From the NCBI GenBank assembly GCA_036848695.1, contig DAIUJM010000002.1, positions 1 to 48,487 on the forward strand: a stretch of DNA of 48,487 nucleotides. The letters run 5' to 3'. Origin of the DNA: Candidatus Saccharimonadota bacterium (GTDB taxonomy: Bacteria > Patescibacteriota > Saccharimonadia > Saccharimonadales > UBA7683). The translations under genes were made by a program, and so were the position numbers. Position 1 is the stretch's first letter. Every line of letters starts with the position of its first letter. The notes beneath the pieces are model-generated. The model was not told the DNA's origin. It made no database searches and worked only from the letters and a program-made list of their open reading frames with translations. Of this stretch, positions 1 through 9,905 are shown piece after piece.

Positions 1-114
1 TGGCTGGGGCTCGAGTTCCTTAATAGAACTTTTTCTCTCCAGGAAGACGACCCATCAGTCGATGTAGATGAGATTCGTCAATTGCTTGATGAAAACATTC
101 AGGTTTCGTCGTGA
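1..114 (+). CDS. 3' end (37 codons) of an unidentified CDS entering from upstream of the window
   Basis: Open frame from position 1 (WLGLEFLNRTFSLQEDDPSVDVDEIRQLLDENIQVSS) ends at TGA 112-114. It overlaps the GTG start of the next ORF as GTGA. A diverged copy at 3409-3540 differs partly by synonymous changes in this frame. Confidence 0.45.
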   Translation, partial: WLGLEFLNRTFSLQEDDPSVDVDEIRQLLDENIQVSS

Positions 115-596
115 TACGTCAGCTACTTCATAAGTATATCACCAGAGATGCTGCGCTGCTTGTGTCAAAACTCTTTGATGAACGCTCATTCTATCCTAGT
201 TTCATGGATGACTTGAAGCGGTGCAAGAAGTCAGTCATCATCGAAAGCCCGTATATGACGACGAGACGGGTAGCTATGCTAGTGCCAATCTTAAAGAAGT
301 TGGTCGAGCGAGGGGTCAAAGTAACTATTAACACTCGTTTCCCGGGACATCATGACGAATTGCTGCGCATCCAAGCTTATATGGCTACAAAAGCGCTAAA
401 GCAAATTGGCGCTAGAGTTGTGTACTTCAATGACTATAGTCACCGGAAAATCGCTGTGCTAGATAATCACATATTATGGGAAGGTAGTCTAAATATCCTC
501 TCTCAGCGCAAAAGCCGTGAGATTATGCGGAGGGTGGAGTCCGAAGCGCTTACAAAACAGATGATTCGGTTTTCGAGACTAGGTCAGTCTTTTTAG
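111..596 (+). CDS. PLD-like (HKD motif) nuclease/phospholipase D superfamily protein
   Basis: 161 aa ORF with an HxKxxxxD-type motif (HRKIAVLDNHILWEGSLN), typical of single-HKD PLD/Nuc-like proteins. GTG start overlaps the upstream stop. Confidence 0.65.
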   Translation: MIRQLLHKYITRDAALLVSKLFDERSFYPSFMDDLKRCKKSVIIESPYMTTRRVAMLVPILKKLVERGVKVTINTRFPGHHDELLRIQAYMATKALKQIGARVVYFNDYSHRKIAVLDNHILWEGSLNILSQRKSREIMRRVESEALTKQMIRFSRLGQSF

Positions 597-599
597 TAA

Positions 600-1418
600 T
601 TAGCGGGCACCAACAAGGTTGCTACTCTCGTATCGTTTAACTGAACGTTTAAAGAATCTGAGACAGAATATTAACCAAAAAGTAGCAACCCCAATTCCTA
701 ATAAAGCGGCCTTCCAGCCAAAGCGGTACAAGACCTCAAGTGGTACAGCGCCTATAAATAACCCCGGGACAAACGTCAAGAGGAACATTCTAAGTGCTCC
801 CGTTAGAACTCCAGTTGGGTACATGCCGCTCTCAAGAAATAGACCACCAGCATATCGGCCAATACGCTCGCTATCAAATATGTAAAACGCTAGCGAATTG
901 GGTAGCAGTAACGCAAAACACCAAAATAATACCAAGGCGACAATGAGTGTCAGCAAGAACAATGTAAGCTTAACGAAGGTTACATGAGCGCTAGACATGT
1001 ACCATAATGTAATCCCCAAGCCCAGAAGCACATCGCCAAATGTTGTTGGGTCAAGATTGCTCCCAGCAAGCTGTAAAAGCAATGGTGCAGGTTTAGTGAG
1101 CATGCTGTCTAGTGATCCTCTATCAACGTAGCGAGGTAAATCCATTAAACCACTACTAAAAACCATCATGACACCAAAGATGAGCATGTTAATACCGATC
1201 ACCCCAATGAGCTCATGGGCATGCCAGCCATTAATGGTGCCGAACTTATGGAACAAAAAGAGCCAGGCAGCTATTAGTGCCGTATTATTAAGAACCATCC
1301 CGAAGATCTGGACAGCAAAAGCGCCCCGTAAACTCATGGCGCTTCTTATTTGCAAGCGTAAACTATGCCAATAAACATGCAGGTCTCGCCTCCAAGAGAT
1401 TTCATTATTTCTAGCCAC
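600..1418 (-). CDS. ABC-2 type transporter permease
   Basis: 272 aa polytopic hydrophobic protein. Last gene of a three-gene string (ATPase-permease-permease) with 4 and 8 nt overlaps. Confidence 0.65.
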   Translation of the reverse strand: MARNNEISWRRDLHVYWHSLRLQIRSAMSLRGAFAVQIFGMVLNNTALIAAWLFLFHKFGTINGWHAHELIGVIGINMLIFGVMMVFSSGLMDLPRYVDRGSLDSMLTKPAPLLLQLAGSNLDPTTFGDVLLGLGITLWYMSSAHVTFVKLTLFLLTLIVALVLFWCFALLLPNSLAFYIFDSERIGRYAGGLFLESGMYPTGVLTGALRMFLLTFVPGLFIGAVPLEVLYRFGWKAALLGIGVATFWLIFCLRFFKRSVKRYESSNLVGAR

Positions 1419-2205
1419 CGTTTACCTCGATTCTCGATTGAGCACGTTTCCAGATATAGTTACTCACCAAAATAAGCACGCCTGTCCAGGCAATAGCAGA
1501 AAGAACGTAGGAAGTCAGAACTACGCTAACCGCTGGATTAAATAGTTGTGTTGGTGCAGCATAGACTCCAAAAGGTGAGAAGCGCACAACTGTTTGAACC
1601 ACATGAGGCAGAAGTGCAATCGGTACAAAGCCACCGCCCAACACTAGTACGGTCTTATCAAATAAGCGGAAGACTGATTTAGCATCGTTTAACCAGAAGG
1701 CGGCTAGTCCGATACTCATGAATAAACAGCTGGCGCTGACGACAGCAAAGATTATTAGTAAGAAAAATTGTAGTAAGAATACTGGTGACCAGAAAGATAC
1801 GTTGGGTCTCCCTACCAGAAGTACTAAGAAGAATGGCAGAATGGCTAGTTGTAATGCAAAATCGATACAGTTCTTCCCAATGGTTTGGCATATCTTAACG
1901 AGCCTCCAGTTAAGAGGTTTGATTAGCTGCAGCTCAACTTCACCGCTCTGCACGTCCTGCTCTACCGCCTTAAATAGATCTCGAATTCCAAGGTTAATTA
2001 TAAAGGCGAAGTAGACCGCTAAACTCCAGATAGCGTTTTGATAACTGAGCCCTGCTTTGCCATAGTGATAAGCCACGGTGTAGATCGCAGACAAAAGAAA
2101 AACACGAAACAATGTTACGCCCAGGCCAGCTATGATTTGGCGCGGATTGGCACTATCCTCCCGTGCAGAGGTGATAAGTACTCGCCAGTAAGGTCTCCAG
2201 CTCAT
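1411..2205 (-). CDS. ABC-2 type transporter permease
   Basis: 264 aa multi-TM protein. ATGA overlap with the upstream ATPase gene. Confidence 0.65.
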   Translation of the reverse strand: MSWRPYWRVLITSAREDSANPRQIIAGLGVTLFRVFLLSAIYTVAYHYGKAGLSYQNAIWSLAVYFAFIINLGIRDLFKAVEQDVQSGEVELQLIKPLNWRLVKICQTIGKNCIDFALQLAILPFFLVLLVGRPNVSFWSPVFLLQFFLLIIFAVVSASCLFMSIGLAAFWLNDAKSVFRLFDKTVLVLGGGFVPIALLPHVVQTVVRFSPFGVYAAPTQLFNPAVSVVLTSYVLSAIAWTGVLILVSNYIWKRAQSRIEVNGG

Positions 2206-3179
2206 TGTTCCTGCCGTACGTACAGTTCGTGAATAATGTCTTCCAGCGGAGTATCTTCAATAGTCATATCGGCTACTTCTACAGTTTCTAGCATTGCCGG
2301 TAGAAAGTTTTTGAGCTTGTGCTTAGAGGTGTCTACTGAGAAGACAATTACGCCATCTTCTTCTGACTGAGCAGTAGTTCCCATGATAGTGGGCATTTCT
2401 TCCAATGGTTTCTTGAGAACTACTCTAACAGTCTTGTTCTCTAGGTAATCTTGCTTGAGTTGATCGGTCGGTGTGTCGAGCATTATCTGACCGTGATTAA
2501 CGATTATCGTGCGATCACTAACTTCTTCAATATCACCTACATCGTGGCTCGTGAGGAAGATAGTCGTACCTTTCTCTTTGTTGGTCTGTCGAATAACTTC
2601 TCGCAAAGAGCGTTTAGCTACAACGTCCAAACCGATTGTTGGTTCATCTAAGAATATAATCTCAGGCTCGTGCAGTAAGGAGTTAGCAATCTCGGCACGC
2701 ATACGCTGGCCAAGCGACAGTTTGCGAACTGGTTGATTCACGAATTCACTAAGATTAAACTGCTCGGTTACTTCTTTGATGCGTGGGGCAATAGTTGATC
2801 GCTCAAGGCCATACATATCAGCGGATAGTTTAAGACTATCAATCAAGGGAAGATTAAAGATTAACTGAGAACGTTGTCCAAAGACTGTTCCTATCTGGTA
2901 TGCTAGTTGGCGTCGTTGTTTGAGCGGGTTAAACCCTAGTACGCTAATATCTCCCTTGGAGGGCTGCAGAATTCCGCAGAGCATTTTAATAGTAGTAGAC
3001 TTCCCAGCACCATTTGGGCCGATAAATGCTACAGATTCACCGCGCTCAATTTGTAGTGACACATTGTTTACGGCGGTCACCTTTTGTATTTCTGGGTGCA
3101 AAAAACCTTTCAGTCCCTGTCGTTTGGAATACTGAAAGACTTTCGATACATTTTGAATACTAATTATTGGTTCTGACAT
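2202..3179 (-). CDS. ABC transporter ATP-binding protein
   Basis: Walker A GPNGAGKST, ABC signature LSLGQRMR, Walker B IIFLDEPT, H-loop TSHD. Confidence 0.9.
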   Translation of the reverse strand: MSEPIISIQNVSKVFQYSKRQGLKGFLHPEIQKVTAVNNVSLQIERGESVAFIGPNGAGKSTTIKMLCGILQPSKGDISVLGFNPLKQRRQLAYQIGTVFGQRSQLIFNLPLIDSLKLSADMYGLERSTIAPRIKEVTEQFNLSEFVNQPVRKLSLGQRMRAEIANSLLHEPEIIFLDEPTIGLDVVAKRSLREVIRQTNKEKGTTIFLTSHDVGDIEEVSDRTIIVNHGQIMLDTPTDQLKQDYLENKTVRVVLKKPLEEMPTIMGTTAQSEEDGVIVFSVDTSKHKLKNFLPAMLETVEVADMTIEDTPLEDIIHELYVRQEQ

Positions 3180-3295
3180 TACGTTTAATACTTATCCTTT
3201 AGGTTAATTCTATAGTAATTTGACCTAAAACTAAATGAGGCATTCGCGTAGAACAAGCTCCTTAACTGCAACTATCCGTGCACGGATAGTTATAG

Positions 3296-3530
3296 GGCTA
3301 AAGGGATTCGAACTTTTTCTGATCTGTTAGTTTGTATAAATCTGAAATAGTTGTGATATAGGTGAAATAACCAAACTTTTCCAAACTGTAAAAGACAATA
3401 GTTAAAATTGGCTGGGGCTCGGGTTCCTTAATATAACTTTTTCCATACAGGAAGATGACCCACTCGTTGATGTATTCGAGATTCGACACTTACTTGATGA
3501 AAACGATGAAGGCTTAGGTCGTGAGACAAA
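3296..3530. repeat. Hybrid junction repeat, copy A (left arm L 3296-3408, core TGGCTGGGG 3409-3417, right arm R 3418-about 3530)
   Basis: L plus core resembles 4076-4197, which abuts tRNA-Gln. Core plus R resembles 1-about 118 (about 82 percent identity over 87 nt by hand alignment). Confidence 0.75.
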
Positions 3531-3559
3531 ATTATCCTAAAATTACAGTTAATGACACG

Positions 3560-4048
3560 TCAGTCATCTTGAACAATGTTCAAGACACCAGCCGTATCTT
3601 TACCAACTATCAGTGCACCACCATAAAAAGTATATGCTGGATCTCCAAGAGCTACAGAATAGAATGTCTTGTCTCCAGTAAAGAGACTCTTGAATTCTTG
3701 CCAAATATTCTCCGCTTCTTCTGGCTGGATAGCATAGTCGATATGTCCGTAATGACTTCCTCCAGCAAGATCACGAGTTACGATTTTGCTCACCTCTTCT
3801 TCACTAATAGGTGACGGGGGCACAGAAAAACCCTGAGCGACACTATCTGTACTTGGCCATTCCTGATCATCAGAGTATTCCGCTACTATATTCGCAATCT
3901 CATCATTCGTCTTATTTTGAGAGCGAAGATCAGCAATAGAAACAAACTTGATTATGTAATATCTTGTTTGCTTGAACGAGTTTACATGATCTATAAATTT
4001 TTGGTATTTAGTGTCAGTCAACTGAGTAAGTTCTTGTTTCATGGACAT
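3560..4048 (-). CDS. hypothetical protein (162 aa), only gene between junction copies A and B
   Basis: Long ORF with ATG start. No motif recognised. Confidence 0.5.
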   Translation of the reverse strand: MSMKQELTQLTDTKYQKFIDHVNSFKQTRYYIIKFVSIADLRSQNKTNDEIANIVAEYSDDQEWPSTDSVAQGFSVPPSPISEEEVSKIVTRDLAGGSHYGHIDYAIQPEEAENIWQEFKSLFTGDKTFYSVALGDPAYTFYGGALIVGKDTAGVLNIVQDD

Positions 4049-4075
4049 ATTATATCATCAAAAGTGGATGTAAGA

Positions 4076-4197
4076 GGCGAAAGGGATTCGAACTATGTTA
4101 ACAGATTAGAAATTGACAGGATGAATATATGTTGAAATATAGTGTAAATAACCAAACTTTTTACAGATCAAAAATTGAAAGTCATAAATGGCTGGGG
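4076..4197. repeat. Junction repeat copy B (L arm plus core), directly abutting the 3' end of tRNA-Gln
   Basis: Identical blocks shared with copy A: aagggattcgaact, aaataaccaaactttt, tggctgggg. The core is the reverse complement of the tRNA 3' end CCCCAGCCA. Confidence 0.75.
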
Positions 4198-4262
4198 ATG
4201 AGGGATTCGAACCCCCGATCACGGGACCAGAACCCGATGCCTTACCGCTTGGCTAATCCCCA
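4189..4262 (-). tRNA. tRNA-Gln (anticodon CUG), CCA encoded
   Basis: Reverse complement reads TGGGGAT-TA-GCCAAGCGGTAAGGCA-TCGGG-TTCTGGT-CCCGT-GATC-GGGGGTTCGAATCCCTC-ATCCCCA-G-CCA. Acceptor stem is 7 bp, T-loop is TTCGAAT, anticodon loop is TT-CTG-GT. Close to the canonical bacterial tRNA-Gln D-arm. Confidence 0.9.
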
Positions 4263-4382
4263 ATGATATTTCTGTTTTGGCTAATGCCGTTTTGGCAGTT
4301 CCAAAAAAGTGTGACAGAACAGATTGATTATACTAAAGTGAGTTGTATTTGTCATCAGTGGCGTATACTGGTAGGTGTAATT

Positions 4383-4856
4383 ATGGAGCGGTTTATGAAT
4401 CAGCAGGCTAAGGAAAAAATAATCTCGTTTATACAAAAACATCCTTTGGTTGTTGTTGGCACTGTGGATGCGAATAATCAGCCCTATGGCGCAGCGGTAT
4501 ATGTTGGGGTAGATGCATATTTGAATCTCTATTTTCTGACAAAAAGCGAAACCGACAAAAACAAAAATATTCTTGAAACTCCTTATGTAAGTGTTGCGGT
4601 TGCTGATGAGGCTTCACAAACCACGCTGAAACTTCGCGGAGAAGCTAGTCGACTTGCCACACCAGAAGAACACGAACAGGCTCTTTCAGCCCTTGGTACT
4701 GTAAATCATAAAAGTGGTGATTGGTTGCCACCACTGCCAAAAATTCAGGCTGGTTACTATCTTGTTTACAAAATAACGCCCAGCTGTGCGAATCTTAGTA
4801 CTTACAGCAATCGCCATCTTGAAGAAGGTCCTGTTTCGGTGGAGTTTCAAGCTTAG
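4383..4856 (+). CDS. pyridoxamine 5'-phosphate oxidase-like (FMN-binding split-barrel) family protein
   Basis: Pattern HPLVVVGTVDANNQPYGAAVYV...LYFLTKSETDKNKNI is typical of the PNPOx-like fold. Start moved to ATG 4383 because the track start at 4263 abuts the tRNA. Confidence 0.6.
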   Translation: MERFMNQQAKEKIISFIQKHPLVVVGTVDANNQPYGAAVYVGVDAYLNLYFLTKSETDKNKNILETPYVSVAVADEASQTTLKLRGEASRLATPEEHEQALSALGTVNHKSGDWLPPLPKIQAGYYLVYKITPSCANLSTYSNRHLEEGPVSVEFQA

Positions 4857-4876
4857 TCTGTCTTATTCGAGTCGAG

Positions 4877-6049
4877 TTAATTCCACAGTTTCAGTTTGCG
4901 CAGTTCTTCCGGCAGGAATCCTTCTGGATGTTTAAAATTGGCCTCCCATTTAGTTCCTTGCTGGTAGCCTAGATCCTTCATGAGTTTGGTCGGGGCATTG
5001 CGTAAATGAAGTGGCACTGTAGAGTCCGGGAATTCTTTTGCAGCTGCCATGGCACCATACATGGCATCGGCAACCTGACGTGATTTCTTACTTTTTGCCA
5101 GCGCAACTGCACAGTGGAACAAACTATATTGACCTTCCGGCAAGCCGATACGTTCAATAGACTGAAAGGTGGCTACGGCCAGACTGAGCGCACCATTACC
5201 AGCTAACCCAATATCTTCAGATGCAAAAATAACCATTCTTCTTGCAATGAATTTTGGATCTTCACCAGCATTAATCATCCGCGCTAAATAATATAGCGTG
5301 GCATTAACATCACTACCGCGCATACTTTTTATAAAAGCTGAAACCAGGTTGTAATGATACTCTCCGCCTTTGTCGTAACCGGGTAAGCGTTTTTGCGCTG
5401 CAGTCTTCACGGTTTCTGGGGTTACTTTTTCATTTAGCTTAAGTGCTAATTCAAGATTCGAAAGTGCGACTCGGGCGTCGCCGCCGCTAATTTCTGCCAA
5501 TAGGTCAATTGCTTTGGGCGCAATTCTTTTAGTGGCTTTTTCGAGTTTCAGCGCTCGCTTAACTATGCTGATCATATCTTCTTTGCTATGAGGTTGCAGT
5601 ACGATCACTCGTGAACGCGAAAGTAGTGGAGTAATAACTTCAAAACTGGGGTTTTCAGTGGTGGCTCCAATAAGTGTGATAAGCCCGGATTCAACATGTG
5701 GTAAAAACGTATCTTGCTGAGATTTTGAGAAGCGGTGAATTTCATCTATGAAGAGCAGTGTACGTTTGTCAAGATTCCAATTAACCCTGGCACGTTCAAT
5801 CACTTTAGTGATATCTGCTTTTTTGGCGGTAACAGCAGAAAGTTCTACAAAATCTGTTTCAAGTTCACTGGCAATTATGCGCGCCAGGGTCGTTTTGCCA
5901 GAACCGGGTGGTCCCCAAAATATTAGGCTAGTAGGTTGTTTTTTCTTAATGATTTCACGAATAATTTCACCATCTTTTGTAAGATGGCTCTGTCCAATAA
6001 ACTCTTCCAGTGTTTTTGGCCTCATTCGCTCGGCCAGTGGCTGCTCCAT
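4877..6049 (-). CDS. rarA: replication-associated recombination protein A (AAA+ ATPase RarA/MgsA)
   Basis: Walker [16 protein letters not shown], Walker [10 protein letters not shown], sensor region TENPSFEV, C-terminal MgsA-type helical domain (YDxxSAFxKSMRGSD). Confidence 0.9.
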   Translation of the reverse strand: MEQPLAERMRPKTLEEFIGQSHLTKDGEIIREIIKKKQPTSLIFWGPPGSGKTTLARIIASELETDFVELSAVTAKKADITKVIERARVNWNLDKRTLLFIDEIHRFSKSQQDTFLPHVESGLITLIGATTENPSFEVITPLLSRSRVIVLQPHSKEDMISIVKRALKLEKATKRIAPKAIDLLAEISGGDARVALSNLELALKLNEKVTPETVKTAAQKRLPGYDKGGEYHYNLVSAFIKSMRGSDVNATLYYLARMINAGEDPKFIARRMVIFASEDIGLAGNGALSLAVATFQSIERIGLPEGQYSLFHCAVALAKSKKSRQVADAMYGAMAAAKEFPDSTVPLHLRNAPTKLMKDLGYQQGTKWEANFKHPEGFLPEELRKLKLWN

Positions 6050-6141
6050 AACGGTATTATACGCTAGTCGGTATCTTTAAACTCGCATCTCTGTTATTCA
6101 AGCCGATACGTTTTTCTCTGTAAAAATTTGCTAACTTATGC

Positions 6142-6147
6142 TATAAT
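6142..6147 (+). promoter_or_regulatory. candidate extended -10 (TGCTATAAT) for typA
   Basis: TGC immediately precedes TATAAT, about 74 nt upstream of the typA ATG. Confidence 0.4.
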
Positions 6148-6220
6148 AGTGGTTAACGTATATCATATGCGCCTGTTAGAACAGTAAGGGGCGCTTTTAT
6201 TTTGTAAAAGGCTAAAAAAT

Positions 6221-8047
6221 ATGCAGCAAGATCCAAGTAAAATTCGAAACATCGCTATTATAGCGCACGTAGATCACGGTAAAACAACTCTAGTTGACTG
6301 GCTTTTAAAGCAGTCACAGACTTTTCGTGATAATCAGGCTGAAATGACCCAAGATCTTATTATGGATTCAGGCGACCAAGAGCGTGAGCGCGGTATTACA
6401 ATTACTGCTAAAATCACAGCAGTTCAACACAACGACTACCGAATTAACATTATTGATACCCCTGGACACGCCGATTTTTCTGGTGAAGTCGAACGAACGC
6501 TAAATATGGCAGATGGTTGTGTGCTAATTGTTGATGCCCAAGAAGGCCCAATGCCTCAAACAAAGTTCGTGCTAACAAAAGCACTAGCTGGTGGTTTGAA
6601 GCCAATTGTGGTGATTAACAAAATCGACAAGCCGGGAAATCGCTTGGGTGAGGTTGAAGACGAGCTGGCAGATTTGTTCTTAGAACTCGCAGTTCATGAA
6701 GATCAGCTTCATTACCCAGTTTATTACGCTATTGGGCGTGAAGGAAAAGCCTGGAAGGAAGTTCCAGCCGATCCAACAAAAGAAGGTGATCTAGAAGTAA
6801 TCTTTGATGCCATTATTAATGAAGTTCCTGCTCCAACCGTTGAACAAGACAAGCCATTCCAGATGCTTGTCACAGCCTTGGCTCACGATAACTTTAAAGG
6901 CAAGTACGCCATTGGCCGTATAAACCGCGGAAACGTTAAAGCCGGCGATGCAATTGCGGTTTGTAAGAAGGATGGATCTGTAGTAAAAACTAAGGCTGAA
7001 CTTATATTCATGAGTCGTGGTGTGGCAAAATTCGAAGTTCCACTTGGTATCGCAGGTGATATTGTACAGATTACTGGGCTTAAAGATGTTCAAATTGGTG
7101 AAACTGTTGCCGATGCTGAAAATCCAGAGGCTTTGCCGGTACTAGAAGTTGAAGCACCAACCCTTCAGGTTTATCTGGGCCCAAATACAAGCCCGTTCAA
7201 GGGTACTGAAGGCGACTTTAATACATCACGTCAAATTGGTGATCGTTTGCAGCGTGAACTAGAAGTTAATATTGGCCTTCGTGTAGAAGATCAAGGCATC
7301 GGCTTCTTAGTAGCTGGTCGCGGTGAGTTACATCTTTCAGTTTTAATTGAAACTATGCGCCGTGAAGGCTACGAATTTGAAGTTGGACGTCCTCAGGTTG
7401 TGACCAAAGAAGAAAACGGTCAAGTTATGGAACCGCTTGAAGAACTTATTATTGAAGTTCCAGCTGAACACGCTGGTGCCGTGCAAATGGAACTTGGAGC
7501 TCGCAGGGCATCGCTAAAAGAACAATTCACTACTTCTCAAGGTGCTACAAAACTGATTTACGAACTTCCAACCCGTGCATTACTTGGTCTCAGAAACGTA
7601 TTAATTACCAACACCAAAGGTACGGTCATTATGAATAGTCTGACTATTGGTTACCAGCCACTTGGTCCAAAACTGCAACAACTTAGAAACGGTGTATTGA
7701 TCTCATTCGAACAAGGAACCTCAACACCGTACTCACTTGAAAACGCACAGGAACGTGGCACCTGCTACGTTGGTCCTGGCGAAAAAGTTTACGCTGGGCA
7801 GATTATTGGCCTCAATAATCGCGGTGATGATCTTGAGATCAACATTGTTAAAGAAAAGCACCTTACAAATATTCGAAGCTCTAGTTCAGATGGTATTGTG
7901 CACTTAACCCCGCATGTGATCTTAAGTCTTGAACAATGTCTCGATTTTATTGAAAACGACGAGCTACTAGAAGTAACTCCAAAAAACCTACGCCTTCGCA
8001 AGCGCGAACTCGACCCCAATAAGCGCAAACGTCTCAAAAAAGATTAA
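6221..8047 (+). CDS. typA: translational GTPase TypA/BipA
   Basis: G1 [10 protein letters not shown]3 DTPGHADF, G4 NKID. 608 aa with the typical TypA C-terminal domain and a basic tail. Confidence 0.95.
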   Translation: MQQDPSKIRNIAIIAHVDHGKTTLVDWLLKQSQTFRDNQAEMTQDLIMDSGDQERERGITITAKITAVQHNDYRINIIDTPGHADFSGEVERTLNMADGCVLIVDAQEGPMPQTKFVLTKALAGGLKPIVVINKIDKPGNRLGEVEDELADLFLELAVHEDQLHYPVYYAIGREGKAWKEVPADPTKEGDLEVIFDAIINEVPAPTVEQDKPFQMLVTALAHDNFKGKYAIGRINRGNVKAGDAIAVCKKDGSVVKTKAELIFMSRGVAKFEVPLGIAGDIVQITGLKDVQIGETVADAENPEALPVLEVEAPTLQVYLGPNTSPFKGTEGDFNTSRQIGDRLQRELEVNIGLRVEDQGIGFLVAGRGELHLSVLIETMRREGYEFEVGRPQVVTKEENGQVMEPLEELIIEVPAEHAGAVQMELGARRASLKEQFTTSQGATKLIYELPTRALLGLRNVLITNTKGTVIMNSLTIGYQPLGPKLQQLRNGVLISFEQGTSTPYSLENAQERGTCYVGPGEKVYAGQIIGLNNRGDDLEINIVKEKHLTNIRSSSSDGIVHLTPHVILSLEQCLDFIENDELLEVTPKNLRLRKRELDPNKRKRLKKD

Positions 8048-8049
8048 TA

Positions 8050-8925
8050 CTATTTACTGAAGTCGGTGTACTTCACAGAAGTCGGCGTTAGTCGGATAAC
8101 AGTGAAAGAACCTTCGCTTAATTCGGTGACTGGTGGTTTGCGGGTTTTGCTATTATAGCGTCGTTCTCGGCTGATGGTTGAGTAGGTGTATTGGCGCATG
8201 GTTTCGTCTGATTCTATTTCTGCATAGGCTTGCAGTTGAATAGTTTGTAGATTTGCTTCGTCGTATGCAGAAAACGCTACGTTGTGGTGGTTAACAATAT
8301 CACGGGCCTTTTGAGTGCCAGATTTTGTTAAGAAGCGGATAACACCATACTGATCGGCAGTATAATAAATGGTTGCTGCATGCGGTTTGTTGGTTCTGTC
8401 AACAGTTGCTAACACGCCTATATCTTTTGCTTGCAAAAACTTGAGGGAAACTTCAGAAAACAGTGGTTTTTCTAAATCAGTTAGTGTTTGCTTTTCAGCT
8501 TTATCTTCTGCACGCGGAGTCTTGGGCTTGGTTTTACTGGGGAGATCAATTCGGGCCTGTTCTATGTAGTCTACAAATTTTTCCGCAAGAAATGGGTTGG
8601 CCCGGCGGATGGCGTAATCGCCACCACGCGTTTTAAGAACAATGTGGCTTAGGCCGGCTTGCTTGTCGTAGCTGACACCACCTATAATTTCGTAACTAAT
8701 TTCATCTAGCATGCGATGAAATGGTTTCTTGTCGTAAAATAAAACACGCATGTCGGTTGCAATTAACATAGCTGAACCAGTATCACTTGTGCCGTATACC
8801 GCTGCCATAATGTGCTCACTTGGGTGAATAATATCTGGCAAGTTTCGGCTTTCAGTCTTTAGCAATCCATAGCCTGTAAAACCGGCTTTTTTCAGCTCAT
8901 CTCGTATGCGTTCTTTATGGTTCAT
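8050..8925 (-). CDS. fusion protein: N-terminal bacterial PH-like domain plus C-terminal PNPOx-like split-barrel domain
   Basis: N-terminal part resembles bacterial PH (YokE-like) domains (GSAMLIATDMRVLFYDKKPF...). The C-terminal half (GVLATVDRTNKPHAATIYY...RFLTKSGTQKARDI) is paralogous to ORF 4383-4856. Confidence 0.5.
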   Translation of the reverse strand: MNHKERIRDELKKAGFTGYGLLKTESRNLPDIIHPSEHIMAAVYGTSDTGSAMLIATDMRVLFYDKKPFHRMLDEISYEIIGGVSYDKQAGLSHIVLKTRGGDYAIRRANPFLAEKFVDYIEQARIDLPSKTKPKTPRAEDKAEKQTLTDLEKPLFSEVSLKFLQAKDIGVLATVDRTNKPHAATIYYTADQYGVIRFLTKSGTQKARDIVNHHNVAFSAYDEANLQTIQLQAYAEIESDETMRQYTYSTISRERRYNSKTRKPPVTELSEGSFTVIRLTPTSVKYTDFSK

Positions 8926-9002
8926 CTGAAGCCTCCGTTACTTTTAGTATAGCACCGCGCTGAGGTCATTTCTACAGTTGTAGAATCTGATACAATTAAC
9001 AT

Positions 9003-9905
9003 ATGAACAAGAAAGCACCGCCGGTTGTTTTAAAGAACGTCACCAAGCACTATGGTAGCTTTGTTGGTATTGAAGACATTTCGCTTACTTTGCAAGCTGG
9101 TGAAATTTTTGGATTCTTGGGTCCTAATGGTGCTGGCAAGACAACAACTATTAATATGTTGGTGAATTTAACCAAACCAACAAGTGGCAATATTGAACTC
9201 TTCGGGTTAGATAACCAGTTATACGGCATAGAGTCTCGACGAAGAATCGGCTACTTAGCAGGTGATATGTCGCTAGACAAAAATTTGACCGGTGCGCAGC
9301 AGCTAGAATACTTTGGTCGAATGCGTGGCACGTACGAAGAAGCGTATATTAAAGAGCTTGCTACCCGCCTAGGGTGTGATCTTACTCGAAAAATTAAAAC
9401 ATTATCCCGCGGTAACAAGCAGAAAGTTGCCTTAATTTCAGCACTGGCTCACAAGCCGGAACTGCTGATTCTAGATGAACCAACAAGCGGTTTAGACCCA
9501 CTAGTTCAAGCCGAATTTAACGAGATTATTCAGGAACATAAAAAAGCTGGTAAAACTGCCTTCATTTCTTCACATGTTTTAAGCGAAGTTCAGGAACTTT
9601 GCGACCGCGTAGCCTTTATTCGTGAAGGTAAACTTATTGCCAACAAACCACTAAAAGAAATCGTCCGCGGTGCGCCAAAGCGTGTTCGTATAATTACCAA
9701 AACAAAACAAGATGCCACTAAAGCCGCTACATTAACGGGACTTTCTGGTGTGACTCAGCAAGACTTGGTAGTACGCGGAGTATTTGGTGGGGATGCCGGT
9801 ATGTTGCTGAAAGAATTGGCCAAACTTTCAGTTGCCGATATTAGTATTGAAGATGCAGACCTAGAAACAATATTTATGCAGTACTACGGAGAACATAATG
9901 CTTAA
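9003..9905 (+). CDS. ABC transporter ATP-binding protein
   Basis: Walker A GPNGAGKTT, signature LSRGNKQK, Walker B LLILDEPTSGLD. Confidence 0.9.
   Translation: MNKKAPPVVLKNVTKHYGSFVGIEDISLTLQAGEIFGFLGPNGAGKTTTINMLVNLTKPTSGNIELFGLDNQLYGIESRRRIGYLAGDMSLDKNLTGAQQLEYFGRMRGTYEEAYIKELATRLGCDLTRKIKTLSRGNKQKVALISALAHKPELLILDEPTSGLDPLVQAEFNEIIQEHKKAGKTAFISSHVLSEVQELCDRVAFIREGKLIANKPLKEIVRGAPKRVRIITKTKQDATKAATLTGLSGVTQQDLVVRGVFGGDAGMLLKELAKLSVADISIEDADLETIFMQYYGEHNA

Noticed and set aside
619-3135. Many 60-110 aa ORFs antisense to or out of frame within the ABC transporter genes (for example 619-885, 1168-1374, 1718-2014, 2509-2736, 2920-3135). Similar shadows lie inside rarA, typA, hsdR/M/S, DUF2130, NDH-2 and others.
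   Set aside because: They lie wholly inside longer ORFs that carry clear family motifs. They have low-complexity or odd composition and no RBS. I treat them as shadow ORFs.
3298-3814. ORFs 3298-3489 (-) and 3521-3814 (+) as genes.
   Set aside because: The first is assembled from the junction repeat, and its frame is broken by a stop in the copy at 1-110. The second starts at the remnant of the PLD-gene GTG and runs antisense to the better-supported 162-aa gene.
3296-4095. The aagggattcgaac segments at 3301 and 4081 as 3' halves of additional tRNA genes.
   Set aside because: The T-stem 5' strand, anticodon arm and D arm cannot be folded from the adjacent sequence. They are partial copies of the tRNA-Gln T-loop region only.
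4263-4382. N-terminal extension of the PNPOx-like ORF back to 4263.
   Set aside because: It would start immediately at the tRNA-Gln 5' end and encodes hydrophobic junk. ATG 4383 gives a normal domain start.
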